In this document: positions 28,158-36,732 of the stretch, piece after piece
Layout of the letters: each line of letters opens with the position of its first letter
How positions within the stretch are numbered: position 1 is the first letter of the stretch
Source: Myxococcota bacterium
GTDB taxonomy: Bacteria; Myxococcota; UBA727; JABDBI01
Reading direction: 5' to 3'
Length of the DNA: 64,000 nt
Assembly: GCA_040387835.1 (NCBI GenBank)
Contig: JAZKCZ010000002.1
Span: 115,431-179,430, forward strand
Notes under the pieces: model-generated
What the model was told of the DNA's origin: nothing
Seen by the model: the letters and a program-made list of their open reading frames with translations, nothing else
Database searches by the model: none
Program-made: the position numbers and the translations under genes

Positions 28158-28233
28158 CGTCATTGCGAGCAAAGCGAAGCAATCCATGCCCACTTCATTA
28201 GATTGCCGCGTCGCTACGCTCCTCGCAATGACG
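28158..28233. repeat. CGTC-type REP / Rickettsia-palindromic-element-like hairpin
   Basis: Perfect 12-bp inverted repeat CGTCATTGCGAG (28158-28169) / CTCGCAATGACG (28222-28233), inner GCAATC (28179) / GATTGC (28201). Confidence 0.8.
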
Positions 28234-28286
28234 CTAGTCCCCGGAATAAATATCGTTTGGCTTTTGGTTGCAAGCGAGGAACTCGT

Positions 28287-28802
28287 ATGCCCTATATTTC
28301 CATTCTAATTTTGGCCATTTGCGGCACTCCGCTGACACATGCGGCGGTTTCCTCGCGTCTTGGGTTTACTAAAAGCAACTTCAGTTTTGGCATCATTGCC
28401 GTTAACGATGCAAATGGCGAAGCGTTCATCGAACAGTTCAATGCCTCCATCAACGGAACTTGGATTCTAGCGCAATATGCCCTTCAGGAGTATCTGAGCA
28501 ACCCCATTATCGTCCAATCCCTTACACCCGAAAGAGATAACTTCTTTCTATGGAGCACCGAACGTCAAAACGCTGTCAGATATCTGATCAACATGGGGAA
28601 CGGTACCGATTGTTATGACTGCTTATTAGAGCTGAAGACTACCTTCCATCTGACAAACAATGCTATCGTTGCCGTTGCGAAACAACGATCCTATCTATTT
28701 TTTTATAAGGCCATTTATTTTGTGGCCACTACTCTCGGCAGCGCTATCTTGCACATGAACTCAAGGAAAATTTATTCGTTCATTCGAAATAGATGGGACT
28801 GA
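28287..28802 (+). CDS. Hypothetical secreted protein
   Basis: SD GAGGA before ATG 28287; signal peptide MPYISILILAICGTPLTHA; hydrophobic C-terminal segment. Confidence 0.65.
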   Translation: MPYISILILAICGTPLTHAAVSSRLGFTKSNFSFGIIAVNDANGEAFIEQFNASINGTWILAQYALQEYLSNPIIVQSLTPERDNFFLWSTERQNAVRYLINMGNGTDCYDCLLELKTTFHLTNNAIVAVAKQRSYLFFYKAIYFVATTLGSAILHMNSRKIYSFIRNRWD

Positions 28803-28823
28803 AATATCGTTGGAATTCAATTT

Positions 28824-29477
28824 ATGCGCTCGTTCCTAATTTTAGCCGGATTTCTCTTCATTGCTCAGCCTTCCGCAGCAACTAGGACATGGGGGCAACT
28901 CATTGCTAAATCGCCTTTTCAATTCCCATATTTAACCGGTATTCTTCCAGCCGAAGTAATCGCTAACATCCTTGGCTTTGCCTTCACTCGAGATTTATTG
29001 GATCCGCCGCCTATAGCAACTGAGCAATGGGTGGAAAAAAATATACCGCTATTTCTCTTGGGGCTTGGAATCCTGCCTCATTACTTTAGAGACATCCAGC
29101 TACCAAATGCAGCAGAACAGTTAGCGCTGACCATGACTTCCCGACTTAGCAATGCGATGCAGGTAATTGACGCCCATCATGCTGCAATACCACGTCAAAA
29201 AGTACAAGTAGCTCTCAAAGTAGCTATCAATACCGTGGCAACGATAATTTACGGGGGCACTTTAGCTAAAGCCATCATGGATGATTGCATCGAAAGCTGG
29301 CAAATTTTCACCGTAATCGCTTTAGCCACCTCATTCTTGATAATAGAGTTACCCTATTCCGTTTTCAACATGCTGAAAAAGACAAAGCCCCATATTTCGC
29401 CGGTAGCGAAGGCGTTATGTAGCTGCACACTGAAGTTAATGGAACGCCCAACGGAAGTGATCGCTCACCCCTATTAA
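28824..29477 (+). CDS. Hypothetical protein with signal peptide, F-box-like motif and bilobed hydrophobic segment
   Basis: MRSFLILAGFLFIAQPSAA leader; LPAEVIANILGFAFTRDLL; two adjacent hydrophobic helices near C-terminus. Confidence 0.7.
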   Translation: MRSFLILAGFLFIAQPSAATRTWGQLIAKSPFQFPYLTGILPAEVIANILGFAFTRDLLDPPPIATEQWVEKNIPLFLLGLGILPHYFRDIQLPNAAEQLALTMTSRLSNAMQVIDAHHAAIPRQKVQVALKVAINTVATIIYGGTLAKAIMDDCIESWQIFTVIALATSFLIIELPYSVFNMLKKTKPHISPVAKALCSCTLKLMERPTEVIAHPY

Positions 29478-29514
29478 GAAATATTTGAGCTATCGAAGTG
29501 ATTGAGTTAGCCAA

Positions 29515-30102
29515 ATGCACAATGTCTTCAAAAAACTTATACCCGTCCTATTCATATTCTGTTTAGCATGCCCTCTACATGCCCAGGTGTCCCCCGCAGT
29601 TGCTGAAGCGAAACTTGCCTATTTTTGGGGATCGGTCCTCGCATTAAGCTCCATGGTACTAGTGGGTACAGGAGCGATGGCAGTAGCTGCCAAGTCCCAA
29701 GAGCTTTTAAACCAAAAATCAGCAATAGCGACCTCCAACAACACCATCGCAGCTGCAGATGCTAACCAACAAACAGATTTGAAAAGCTACACAGCTTTAG
29801 CCATTACCGGAGCGATTGCAGGCGGCTTCGAATTCGGCAGCGTCATAGGGATTTTGGTGGCTAATCGGGGCGACTTAAAATTATCATTATATTTGTCGGT
29901 GATAGCTTTCACCATGGGAATATTGAACTCAGCTCTGACAGGCTGTGCTGCTGCTGGCTTGAGCCGGAATTGCGCCACTTGCACTCAAAGCAATCAATAT
30001 ATAGCTGTATGGGCGGTTGGCCGGGCGGCCGGCTTGATAGCCGATTTCATCTATTTATTGGCAACGGCTTGTTATATCCACTCTACAAACGATCCCTATT
30101 AA
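29515..30102 (+). CDS. Hypothetical multi-pass membrane protein with signal peptide
   Basis: Leader ...CLACPLHA; about 4 hydrophobic helices; CxxC in a loop. Confidence 0.7.
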   Translation: MHNVFKKLIPVLFIFCLACPLHAQVSPAVAEAKLAYFWGSVLALSSMVLVGTGAMAVAAKSQELLNQKSAIATSNNTIAAADANQQTDLKSYTALAITGAIAGGFEFGSVIGILVANRGDLKLSLYLSVIAFTMGILNSALTGCAAAGLSRNCATCTQSNQYIAVWAVGRAAGLIADFIYLLATACYIHSTNDPY

Positions 30103-31702
30103 TTCGACGAACAAGCTCCTCCAACCCTAAACCGGTTCGAGCTGAAATTCGAACATCGCCCAAACGATGACTCACGGCGCTCTGCAGCAGATCCACTTCA
30201 ACATCGCATTTATTGACAACGAGTAATCTGGGTTTGTCAGACAGTTTTAAATCATCCAATATCGCATCGACCGATTTAATATGCCGTTCTGCCTCAGGAT
30301 CCGAACCATCAACCACATGCAGTAACAGGTCAGCTTCGTGCAGCTCTTCCAGGGTCGCCCGAAAAGCGTTGATTAAACCTTGCGGCAGATCTCTGATAAA
30401 GCCGACGGTATCAACTAAGATGACATTTTGGCCATCTGGCAGCCTTAGCGCTCTCGAAGTGGGATCAAGCGTCGCAAATAGTGCATCCTCGGCATAAACG
30501 TCCGACCTGGTCAGCCTGTTGAGCAATGTTGACTTACCAGCATTGGTGTAACCAACCAGCGCTATTACTGGAAACTTTTTAGCTTGCCTACTCTGCCTGG
30601 TCAGTTCTCGTTGCTCGCACAACTTATCGATGTCTTTCTCAAGCTTGGCAGCCCTGTCTTTGACGCGCCGTTTATCAAGTTCCAGCTTGGTTTCACCGGG
30701 ACCGACACCACCGATGCCGCCGGTTAATCTAGATAATCCGCTCTGTTTTTTAGCCAGTCTAGGCAAAGAATATTGAAGCTGAGCTAGCTCCACCTGAAGC
30801 TTACCCGCCTTGCTCTTAGCTCGCTGCGCAAAGATATCCAAAATCAACATGGTCCGGTCCAAGATTTTCAAATCGGTCATGTCGGTAATGGCATTAAGTT
30901 GCGAAGGCGACAAATCGCGGTCAAAAATCAACATTTCAGCCCCAAGATGTAAGGCCTGAAGGCAAAGCTCTTCAAGCTTACCGCTGCCAACGATGGTTCT
31001 TGGGTCGATTTGTTTGCGTTGCTGAACAACAGTGTCTAAAACTTGGACTTTCGCTGTTCGAGCTAATTCTTGGAGTTCAGAAATAGACGCCTGCCAGAGT
31101 TTTCGTGGGCCAGTATAAACACCCACCAGCATCGCTTTCTCACGCGCGCCAGCAACGCTTTTAGGCGCTTCCTTTGAAAGCGCACTCTCAAGCTCTGCGA
31201 TGACCTCGCCAAAGTCGAAATTGATACTCTGAAGATTATGGTATTGCTCGGTTTGATGCCTGGCCTTGGCCGATAGCACCCCAGATACCAAACGACCCGG
31301 CAGGCCCGTAGGCAGCACTTCGATTTGCAAAACGGCATCCAGGTGCAGCTTTTCCAAATCGGTAATAAAATCTCTGTCGAGCTCGTAACTAGCCTGGGTC
31401 GAGCGCCTAGGTTTTGCAACGAGTAGCCTTAAACCTCGAAGGCGGGATTTTGATGCCCTTTCACGACCAATCTCAGGCAAATAAAGCTGTGTCTGCTCAC
31501 CCAAAACGACGTGCTGGACACTGCCCTTTCGATCGACCAACACACCGACCATGCGGCCTAAATCGCCCGCAGCCTGACAAAGAGCCTTCGCTAAAGTCGG
31601 CATAATCAAATCGGTAGCTGGAACCTCATGATCGTAAATCGCTTCAAGCGCATCCAAGGACGAAGCTTTTAGACCAGAGGTTTTTCCATAAACTGTTTTC
31701 AG
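30083..31702 (-). CDS. hflX: GTPase HflX with N-terminal extension (probable CTG start)
   Basis: GYTNAGKST, DALFATLD, DTVG, NKCD; ILDIFAQRA, QVELAQL.Y.LPRL. Confidence 0.93.
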   Translation of the reverse strand: MKTVYGKTSGLKASSLDALEAIYDHEVPATDLIMPTLAKALCQAAGDLGRMVGVLVDRKGSVQHVVLGEQTQLYLPEIGRERASKSRLRGLRLLVAKPRRSTQASYELDRDFITDLEKLHLDAVLQIEVLPTGLPGRLVSGVLSAKARHQTEQYHNLQSINFDFGEVIAELESALSKEAPKSVAGAREKAMLVGVYTGPRKLWQASISELQELARTAKVQVLDTVVQQRKQIDPRTIVGSGKLEELCLQALHLGAEMLIFDRDLSPSQLNAITDMTDLKILDRTMLILDIFAQRAKSKAGKLQVELAQLQYSLPRLAKKQSGLSRLTGGIGGVGPGETKLELDKRRVKDRAAKLEKDIDKLCEQRELTRQSRQAKKFPVIALVGYTNAGKSTLLNRLTRSDVYAEDALFATLDPTSRALRLPDGQNVILVDTVGFIRDLPQGLINAFRATLEELHEADLLLHVVDGSDPEAERHIKSVDAILDDLKLSDKPRLLVVNKCDVEVDLLQSAVSHRLGDVRISARTGLGLEELVRRINRDRL

Positions 31703-31962
31703 GCGGGTGTTCCTACTTCAAGAACAGCTTCGCTGCTTTGATCAAGTTTCAAAAACAAGCGCATCTGTTTCATTAATTTTTGGCGGTCAGCGGGTTCAGA
31801 CAAATCCAGGCGATATTCGTTAATAATCTTGGTTTGCATATCACGCCAACCATCCCATTCTTCCTGGGAAATTTTTTCGAAGATTTCTTGACCCAAAGGT
31901 CCGCCGAAGGGAGGTGCAGATAATTTTTGATTCATAAGCCCTATTTTAGCCATTTTGCTCAA
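31699..31962 (-). CDS. yggX: Fe(II)-trafficking / oxidative damage protection protein
   Basis: PPF.G.LG..I...IS...W..W...QT..INEYRL; TTGA overlap with arfB. Confidence 0.85.
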   Translation of the reverse strand: MSKMAKIGLMNQKLSAPPFGGPLGQEIFEKISQEEWDGWRDMQTKIINEYRLDLSEPADRQKLMKQMRLFLKLDQSSEAVLEVGTPA

Positions 31963-32363
31963 TCGAGCAAGGGAGGTCTTCGCAGCTTTTTCTGCGAGCC
32001 ATGCTGCTGCTTAGCATCCAAACGCCTGGCTTTAGATCCCCTGGTTGCTTTGGTTTTAATGCGATTTTTTAAAACGATCAGTGCTTGTTCAACCAGCTGT
32101 TCTAGCCGTTCATAACCAAACTCACGGTTCATGACCTGGCTTCTGAAAGTATCGATATGGATGACCAGCTCACCTTTCAGATTGATGCGGTTTTTCAGCT
32201 TGTGGCTACATCGCTCTTTTTGCTCGTCCGTTAGCGCAGTGCTATTGGCGACATGCCACCGAAGCGTCACGCGAGAGCTAGTGGTATTAACGTGTTGCCC
32301 GCCAGGCCCGCCGGACCGGCTGGTCTCAATATCAATCTCAGATTTGGGGATTTGAATCGGCAT
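31959..32363 (-). CDS. arfB: Alternative ribosome rescue factor ArfB
   Basis: SRSGGPGGQHVN, RSQ..NR, basic tail RIKTKATRGSKARRL..K. Confidence 0.93.
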   Translation of the reverse strand: MPIQIPKSEIDIETSRSGGPGGQHVNTTSSRVTLRWHVANSTALTDEQKERCSHKLKNRINLKGELVIHIDTFRSQVMNREFGYERLEQLVEQALIVLKNRIKTKATRGSKARRLDAKQQHGSQKKLRRPPLLD

Positions 32364-32420
32364 GGTGTTTTGAAGGTACCGCTCTTTGCAATTCACGCAT
32401 AGTAGATTAAGCAATATACC

Positions 32421-32909
32421 ATGCCATCTTTTGATATTGTGTCTGAAATTGACCAACATGAAGTTCAAAATGCTTTTGACCAAGCGATTAGAGAGCTTGG
32501 ACAACGATTCGATTTTCGAGGCACCAATGCGAAAATCGACCAAGTTGAAAAAGGATTTGTGATTACCGCCAACGGCGAAGACCGCGTTGAAGCATCCTAT
32601 GAAGTATTGGTGGACAAGTTTGTAAAACGTAAGCTTTCATTTAAATTCCTGGACAAGAAAAAAACACTGCCAGCCGGTGGTCAGAGCTTTAGACTGGAAG
32701 TGGATTTGAAAAAGGGCATCGATAAAGAAAACGCCAAAAAACTGGCCGAAATTCTGAAAAACGAGAAATCCCTAAAAATCACCGCCTCGATTCAAGGTGA
32801 AAGCCTGAGAGTTACCGGTAAAAAGAGAGATGATTTACAAGAAACCATTGCGCTGCTTCGCGCCAAAGAATTCCCGCTAGAGCTAACTTTTAATAATTTC
32901 CGTGACTAA
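32421..32909 (+). CDS. yajQ: YajQ-family nucleotide-binding protein
   Basis: MPSFDIVSE, RFDFRG, IQGE.LRVTGKKRDDLQ, FNNFRD. Confidence 0.95.
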   Translation: MPSFDIVSEIDQHEVQNAFDQAIRELGQRFDFRGTNAKIDQVEKGFVITANGEDRVEASYEVLVDKFVKRKLSFKFLDKKKTLPAGGQSFRLEVDLKKGIDKENAKKLAEILKNEKSLKITASIQGESLRVTGKKRDDLQETIALLRAKEFPLELTFNNFRD

Positions 32910-34752
32910 AGATTTACAGACAGTTTTCGCCGAAGACGGGCCGCTAGCAGATTTATTGCCAGGCTATCGCCCGCGGCCTGCTCAAATCGCGATGGCTGAG
33001 GCCATCGATAACACGATTTTCAAAAAGAGCGGCCGCCTCATGGTTGAAGCGGGCACTGGCACTGGCAAGTCACTGGCCTATTTAATTCCTGCCCTGCTCT
33101 CGGGCAAAAAGATTCTAATCTCAACGGCAACCAAAACGCTACAAGACCAACTCTTTCAAAAAGACTTGCCGCTCGCGCTCAAAGCCACCGGTCTGGAAAA
33201 GAACACCCTGCTTATGAAGGGGCGTTCCAATTACCTGTGCCTTTTGAAAGCAGAGCAATTCGCACCCTCGGGCAACTTGCTCGACAAAAAAGAAAATAGT
33301 CGAGTTGATTCCATCCGAAGCTGGATGCACGAAACGCAAACCGGAGACAAGGCTGAGCTCAAAGACTTGCCAGAAGACTCTCCGTGGTGGTCCGATCTAA
33401 ATGCCAACGCCGATAGCTGCCTTGGTCAAAAATGCCCGCTATTTAATGATTGCTATGTCACCAGATTGAGGCGCAAAGCGCAGTCTGCAGACGTTTTAGT
33501 GGTCAATCACGCTTTGCTGTGTTCGGACCAACGCAACGAAGATGGTTTCGGTCAAGTAATCCCACCAACTGAGCTTTGGGTATTAGATGAAGCGCACGCT
33601 TTGGAAGACGTGGCCACCAACAGTTTTGGCATGGAAATCACGGCTCGGCAGATGCGCTATTTAGCACGCGATTTGCAAAGTGCTTTTCCACATATCCTAC
33701 CGCATAACCATTCGCAGTATGCAGAAGCCTTGGAAGCGTTGCTTCCCTATTTTCTAAAAATTTGTGAGAATTTTGGCAATGCACAGGCTCAAGGCTTTGC
33801 CGAAGAACTCAAGCCGCATTTAAGCTTTTTAGAAGTTGCCCTGTCTGGCGCCAAACTCGATGTATTAGCGCGGCGTGTGTATAAAATAACGACCGATCTG
33901 CATTTCATGCTGAGCGACGCGGCAAAAAATAGCGGCTTTGTCATCTTCTCCGGCCAGGACAATCGTGGGCGATGTCTGACCGCAGCGCCGATTGAACCTG
34001 CGCAAATCCTAAAGAAAACGCTCTGGGATAATGAAAATCCGGTGATTCTCACCAGCGCGACTTTGGCGATTCAAAACAGCCTTGAATCTTTCCAAAAGCG
34101 CTTGGGGCTGGAAGATTGCGAAGGGTATATTTACAAAACGCCGTTTGACACGCTGCATCAGTCCGCGCTGTATATCCCGCTACAAATATCCAAGCTTGAA
34201 GATGAACTTCAGGCACTGGTTAAAATGAGCGGCGGCGGTACGTTTTTGCTTTTCACCAGTCATCGCGCGATGAACGCAGCGCATGAAGTGCTGCAAGAGC
34301 AGTTTGAATCTCAAGGTCTGCAAGTCTTTAAGCAGGGGGACAAACCAAAACTTGAACTCATCCGAGACTTCGTTGAGGCTGAGAAAAATTTTGGCGGGGT
34401 GTTGTTTGCCACGCACTCATTCTGGGAAGGCGTGGACGTGCAAGGTAAAGCGTTGCGCATGGTCGTCATTGACAAGTTGCCCTTTAAATCGCCGGAAGAT
34501 CCGATTCATAAAGCTAGGTGCGAGCAGATAGAGAAGGAAGGCCGTTCTTCGTTTTATGAACTATCGGTTCCGCACGCAGCGCTAACCTTGAAACAGGGTG
34601 TTGGCAGACTGCTTAGAACGCATACGGACCGCGGAATTGTAGCGATTTTGGACCAGCGCCTGATTCAAAAAGCCTATGGCCGGGTGTTTTTAGATACCTT
34701 ACCACCGATGACCCGCATCCATCAGCAGCAATCCTTAAGGGACTTCTGCTAA
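32902..34752 (+). CDS. DinG/YoaA-family Fe-S DNA helicase
   Basis: EAGTGTGKS, KGRSNYLC, C...KCP..C, DEAH, TSAT, SFWEGVD, QGVGRL.R. Confidence 0.92.
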   Translation: MTKDLQTVFAEDGPLADLLPGYRPRPAQIAMAEAIDNTIFKKSGRLMVEAGTGTGKSLAYLIPALLSGKKILISTATKTLQDQLFQKDLPLALKATGLEKNTLLMKGRSNYLCLLKAEQFAPSGNLLDKKENSRVDSIRSWMHETQTGDKAELKDLPEDSPWWSDLNANADSCLGQKCPLFNDCYVTRLRRKAQSADVLVVNHALLCSDQRNEDGFGQVIPPTELWVLDEAHALEDVATNSFGMEITARQMRYLARDLQSAFPHILPHNHSQYAEALEALLPYFLKICENFGNAQAQGFAEELKPHLSFLEVALSGAKLDVLARRVYKITTDLHFMLSDAAKNSGFVIFSGQDNRGRCLTAAPIEPAQILKKTLWDNENPVILTSATLAIQNSLESFQKRLGLEDCEGYIYKTPFDTLHQSALYIPLQISKLEDELQALVKMSGGGTFLLFTSHRAMNAAHEVLQEQFESQGLQVFKQGDKPKLELIRDFVEAEKNFGGVLFATHSFWEGVDVQGKALRMVVIDKLPFKSPEDPIHKARCEQIEKEGRSSFYELSVPHAALTLKQGVGRLLRTHTDRGIVAILDQRLIQKAYGRVFLDTLPPMTRIHQQQSLRDFC

Positions 34753-34755
34753 AAT
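34747..34755 (+). promoter_or_regulatory. Extended -10 element TG-C-TAAAAT, 6 nt before ATG 34762
   Basis: Sequence TGCTAAAATatttagATG; no SD. Confidence 0.45.
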
Positions 34756-34761
34756 ATTTAG

Positions 34762-35973
34762 ATGCCCCCTGATATCATGCATCTCAAGATAGTCCTTATC
34801 TTGACCGTTGGTTTAGCTTTGGCCAGCCTATTCGGCTATCTCTCCTATCGTGCCAAGCTGTCACCTATCCTAGGCTACTTATTGGCAGGGTATGCGATCG
34901 GGCCCTATTCCCCGGGCTTTGTTGCTGACTTAGCTTTATCGGAACAGCTGGCAGAAATTGGCGTGGTGCTGATGATGTTTATCGTCGGCCTGCAATTTAA
35001 AGCCAAAGATTTATTAAATGTTAAACATGTCGCGATTCCTGGGGCGCTGGTGCAAACGCTAATTGCGGCTGCCGTTAGCGCTGGCTTAGTCTATGCGGCT
35101 GGGTGGACCATCGAAGCTGGTACCGTATTGGGCCTGGCATTGGGCGTGGCCAGTACAGTAGTTTTAGTACGCTTGCTAAACGACAACCATTTGAGTTCAA
35201 CTCGCTCTGGTCACATTGCTATCGGCTGGCTAATTGTAGAAGATGCCATTACCATTGTGGCGCTTTTAACCCTTCCCGTCTTAGCGCACTCTCTGCAGGC
35301 AAACCAATTCGATCTTACGGATTTTGCCTATACCTTGATGGTTTGTTTGCTGAAGTTTCTTGCATTGCTAGCTTTGATGGCGACGCTTGGGCGTAGAGCC
35401 ATTCAATTTGCCTTAAGGCGGGTTATTATAACCAAATCGAACGAACTATTAACCATCACTATTTTGGCCCTTACTTTTTTAGTGGCTACCGCTTCGGCAT
35501 TTGTGTTTGGCACATCGATTGCGCTCGGTGCATTCCTGGCCGGAATGATTATTGGCCAGACCGATTTCAAACATCGGGTCTCGCTCACTTTCATCCCACT
35601 TAGAGATACCTTTGCTGCCATATTTTTTCTGTCGATTGGGATGTTGTTTAACCCGGTAACAATTCGAGACCACTACCTTTTGTTTATTGCGGTGATGGGG
35701 GTTATCTTTTTAATCAAACCGTTGGCGGCATTTTTAATCGTTACGTTGTTAAAGCAGCCGCTTGAGACTAAATTGATCGTTCCTATTGCTCTGGCTCAAA
35801 TAGGTGAATTCTCTTTTATTTTGGCGGAAGAAGCGTCTAAACTCAAGATTCTTCCAGACTCTGGCTATGACGTCATTATTGCGGCAGCCTTCTTTTCCAT
35901 TGCCTTCAATCCCATAATCTTTAGGCTTTTTTCAAAAAATCTGGCATATAAGCAGGCCTATGGCAGGTCATAA
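34762..35973 (+). CDS. CPA2-family cation:proton antiporter (YbaL-like) without C-terminal RCK domain
   Basis: GYLLAG..IGP, AEIGV.L.MF.VGL, ASTVV, IVED, LAQIGEFSFIL. Confidence 0.9.
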   Translation: MPPDIMHLKIVLILTVGLALASLFGYLSYRAKLSPILGYLLAGYAIGPYSPGFVADLALSEQLAEIGVVLMMFIVGLQFKAKDLLNVKHVAIPGALVQTLIAAAVSAGLVYAAGWTIEAGTVLGLALGVASTVVLVRLLNDNHLSSTRSGHIAIGWLIVEDAITIVALLTLPVLAHSLQANQFDLTDFAYTLMVCLLKFLALLALMATLGRRAIQFALRRVIITKSNELLTITILALTFLVATASAFVFGTSIALGAFLAGMIIGQTDFKHRVSLTFIPLRDTFAAIFFLSIGMLFNPVTIRDHYLLFIAVMGVIFLIKPLAAFLIVTLLKQPLETKLIVPIALAQIGEFSFILAEEASKLKILPDSGYDVIIAAAFFSIAFNPIIFRLFSKNLAYKQAYGRS

Positions 35974-36685
35974 TAAATGGTCCAAAGTTAAGAATATCAA
36001 AGGCGTAGCCGATGCGAAAAGGTCCAAAGTTTGGACGAAGATTATTCGTGAAATCACTGTCGCTGCGAGAATGGGCGGCATTGATCCAGCCGGTAACCCT
36101 AGACTGCGAAAAGCCCTTGAAGACGCTCGAACCAATAATCTCGCCAAAGAGCCCGTCCAACGCGCCATGGCAAAAGCATCCGGCAAAGAAGATACCGGTG
36201 ATTACGAAGAGTTGACCTATGAAGGGTATGGCCCAGCCGGTGTTGCCATCCTGGTAAGCTGCTTGACCGACAATCGCAACCGCACTTACTCAGAAGTCCG
36301 CACGGCTTTCAACAAGAACGGTGGCAACCTAGGCACCCCAGGTTCGGTGGCATTTGGCTTTCAGAAAAAGGGCCTAATTCTGTTGGCCAAAGTAGACAAC
36401 CAAAACCTAAACGAAGACAAAATTTTGGAATCAGGACTTGAAGCAGGCCTCGAAGAATTCTCAGATGAAGAAGAAGGCTTTTCCATCACCTGTACTCCCG
36501 AAACGCTATTGGATCTAAGGACAGCTCTAGAAGCACACCAAATCAATATTGCTTCCGCAGACATCGCGATGGTCTCGGACAATCCGATTGAACTTTCGAT
36601 GGAACACTCAGAAACGCTGAGCGAACTCATCGAAGCCTTAGAAGACTTAGATGACGTTCAAAAAGTGTGGACCAGCGCGAAATAG
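35960..36685 (+). CDS. yebC: YebC/PmpR family protein
   Basis: MAGHNKWSK, GG.DP..NPRL, YEGYGP.G, TDNRNRT. Confidence 0.95.
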   Translation: MAGHNKWSKVKNIKGVADAKRSKVWTKIIREITVAARMGGIDPAGNPRLRKALEDARTNNLAKEPVQRAMAKASGKEDTGDYEELTYEGYGPAGVAILVSCLTDNRNRTYSEVRTAFNKNGGNLGTPGSVAFGFQKKGLILLAKVDNQNLNEDKILESGLEAGLEEFSDEEEGFSITCTPETLLDLRTALEAHQINIASADIAMVSDNPIELSMEHSETLSELIEALEDLDDVQKVWTSAK

Positions 36686-36732
36686 TCCAAACATCCGATT
36701 TGTAACGTTTTCAATTGGACCAGAGTATATTC

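Noticed and set aside
27702-28802. Long N-terminal extensions of ORFs 27702-28193 and 28203-28802, and ORF 28048-28308
   Set aside because: They read through the palindromic element; SD-led ATGs at 28106 and 28287 give clean signal peptides.
31959-32543. 194-aa version of arfB
   Set aside because: The extension overlaps yajQ on the other strand; homology begins at ATG 32363.
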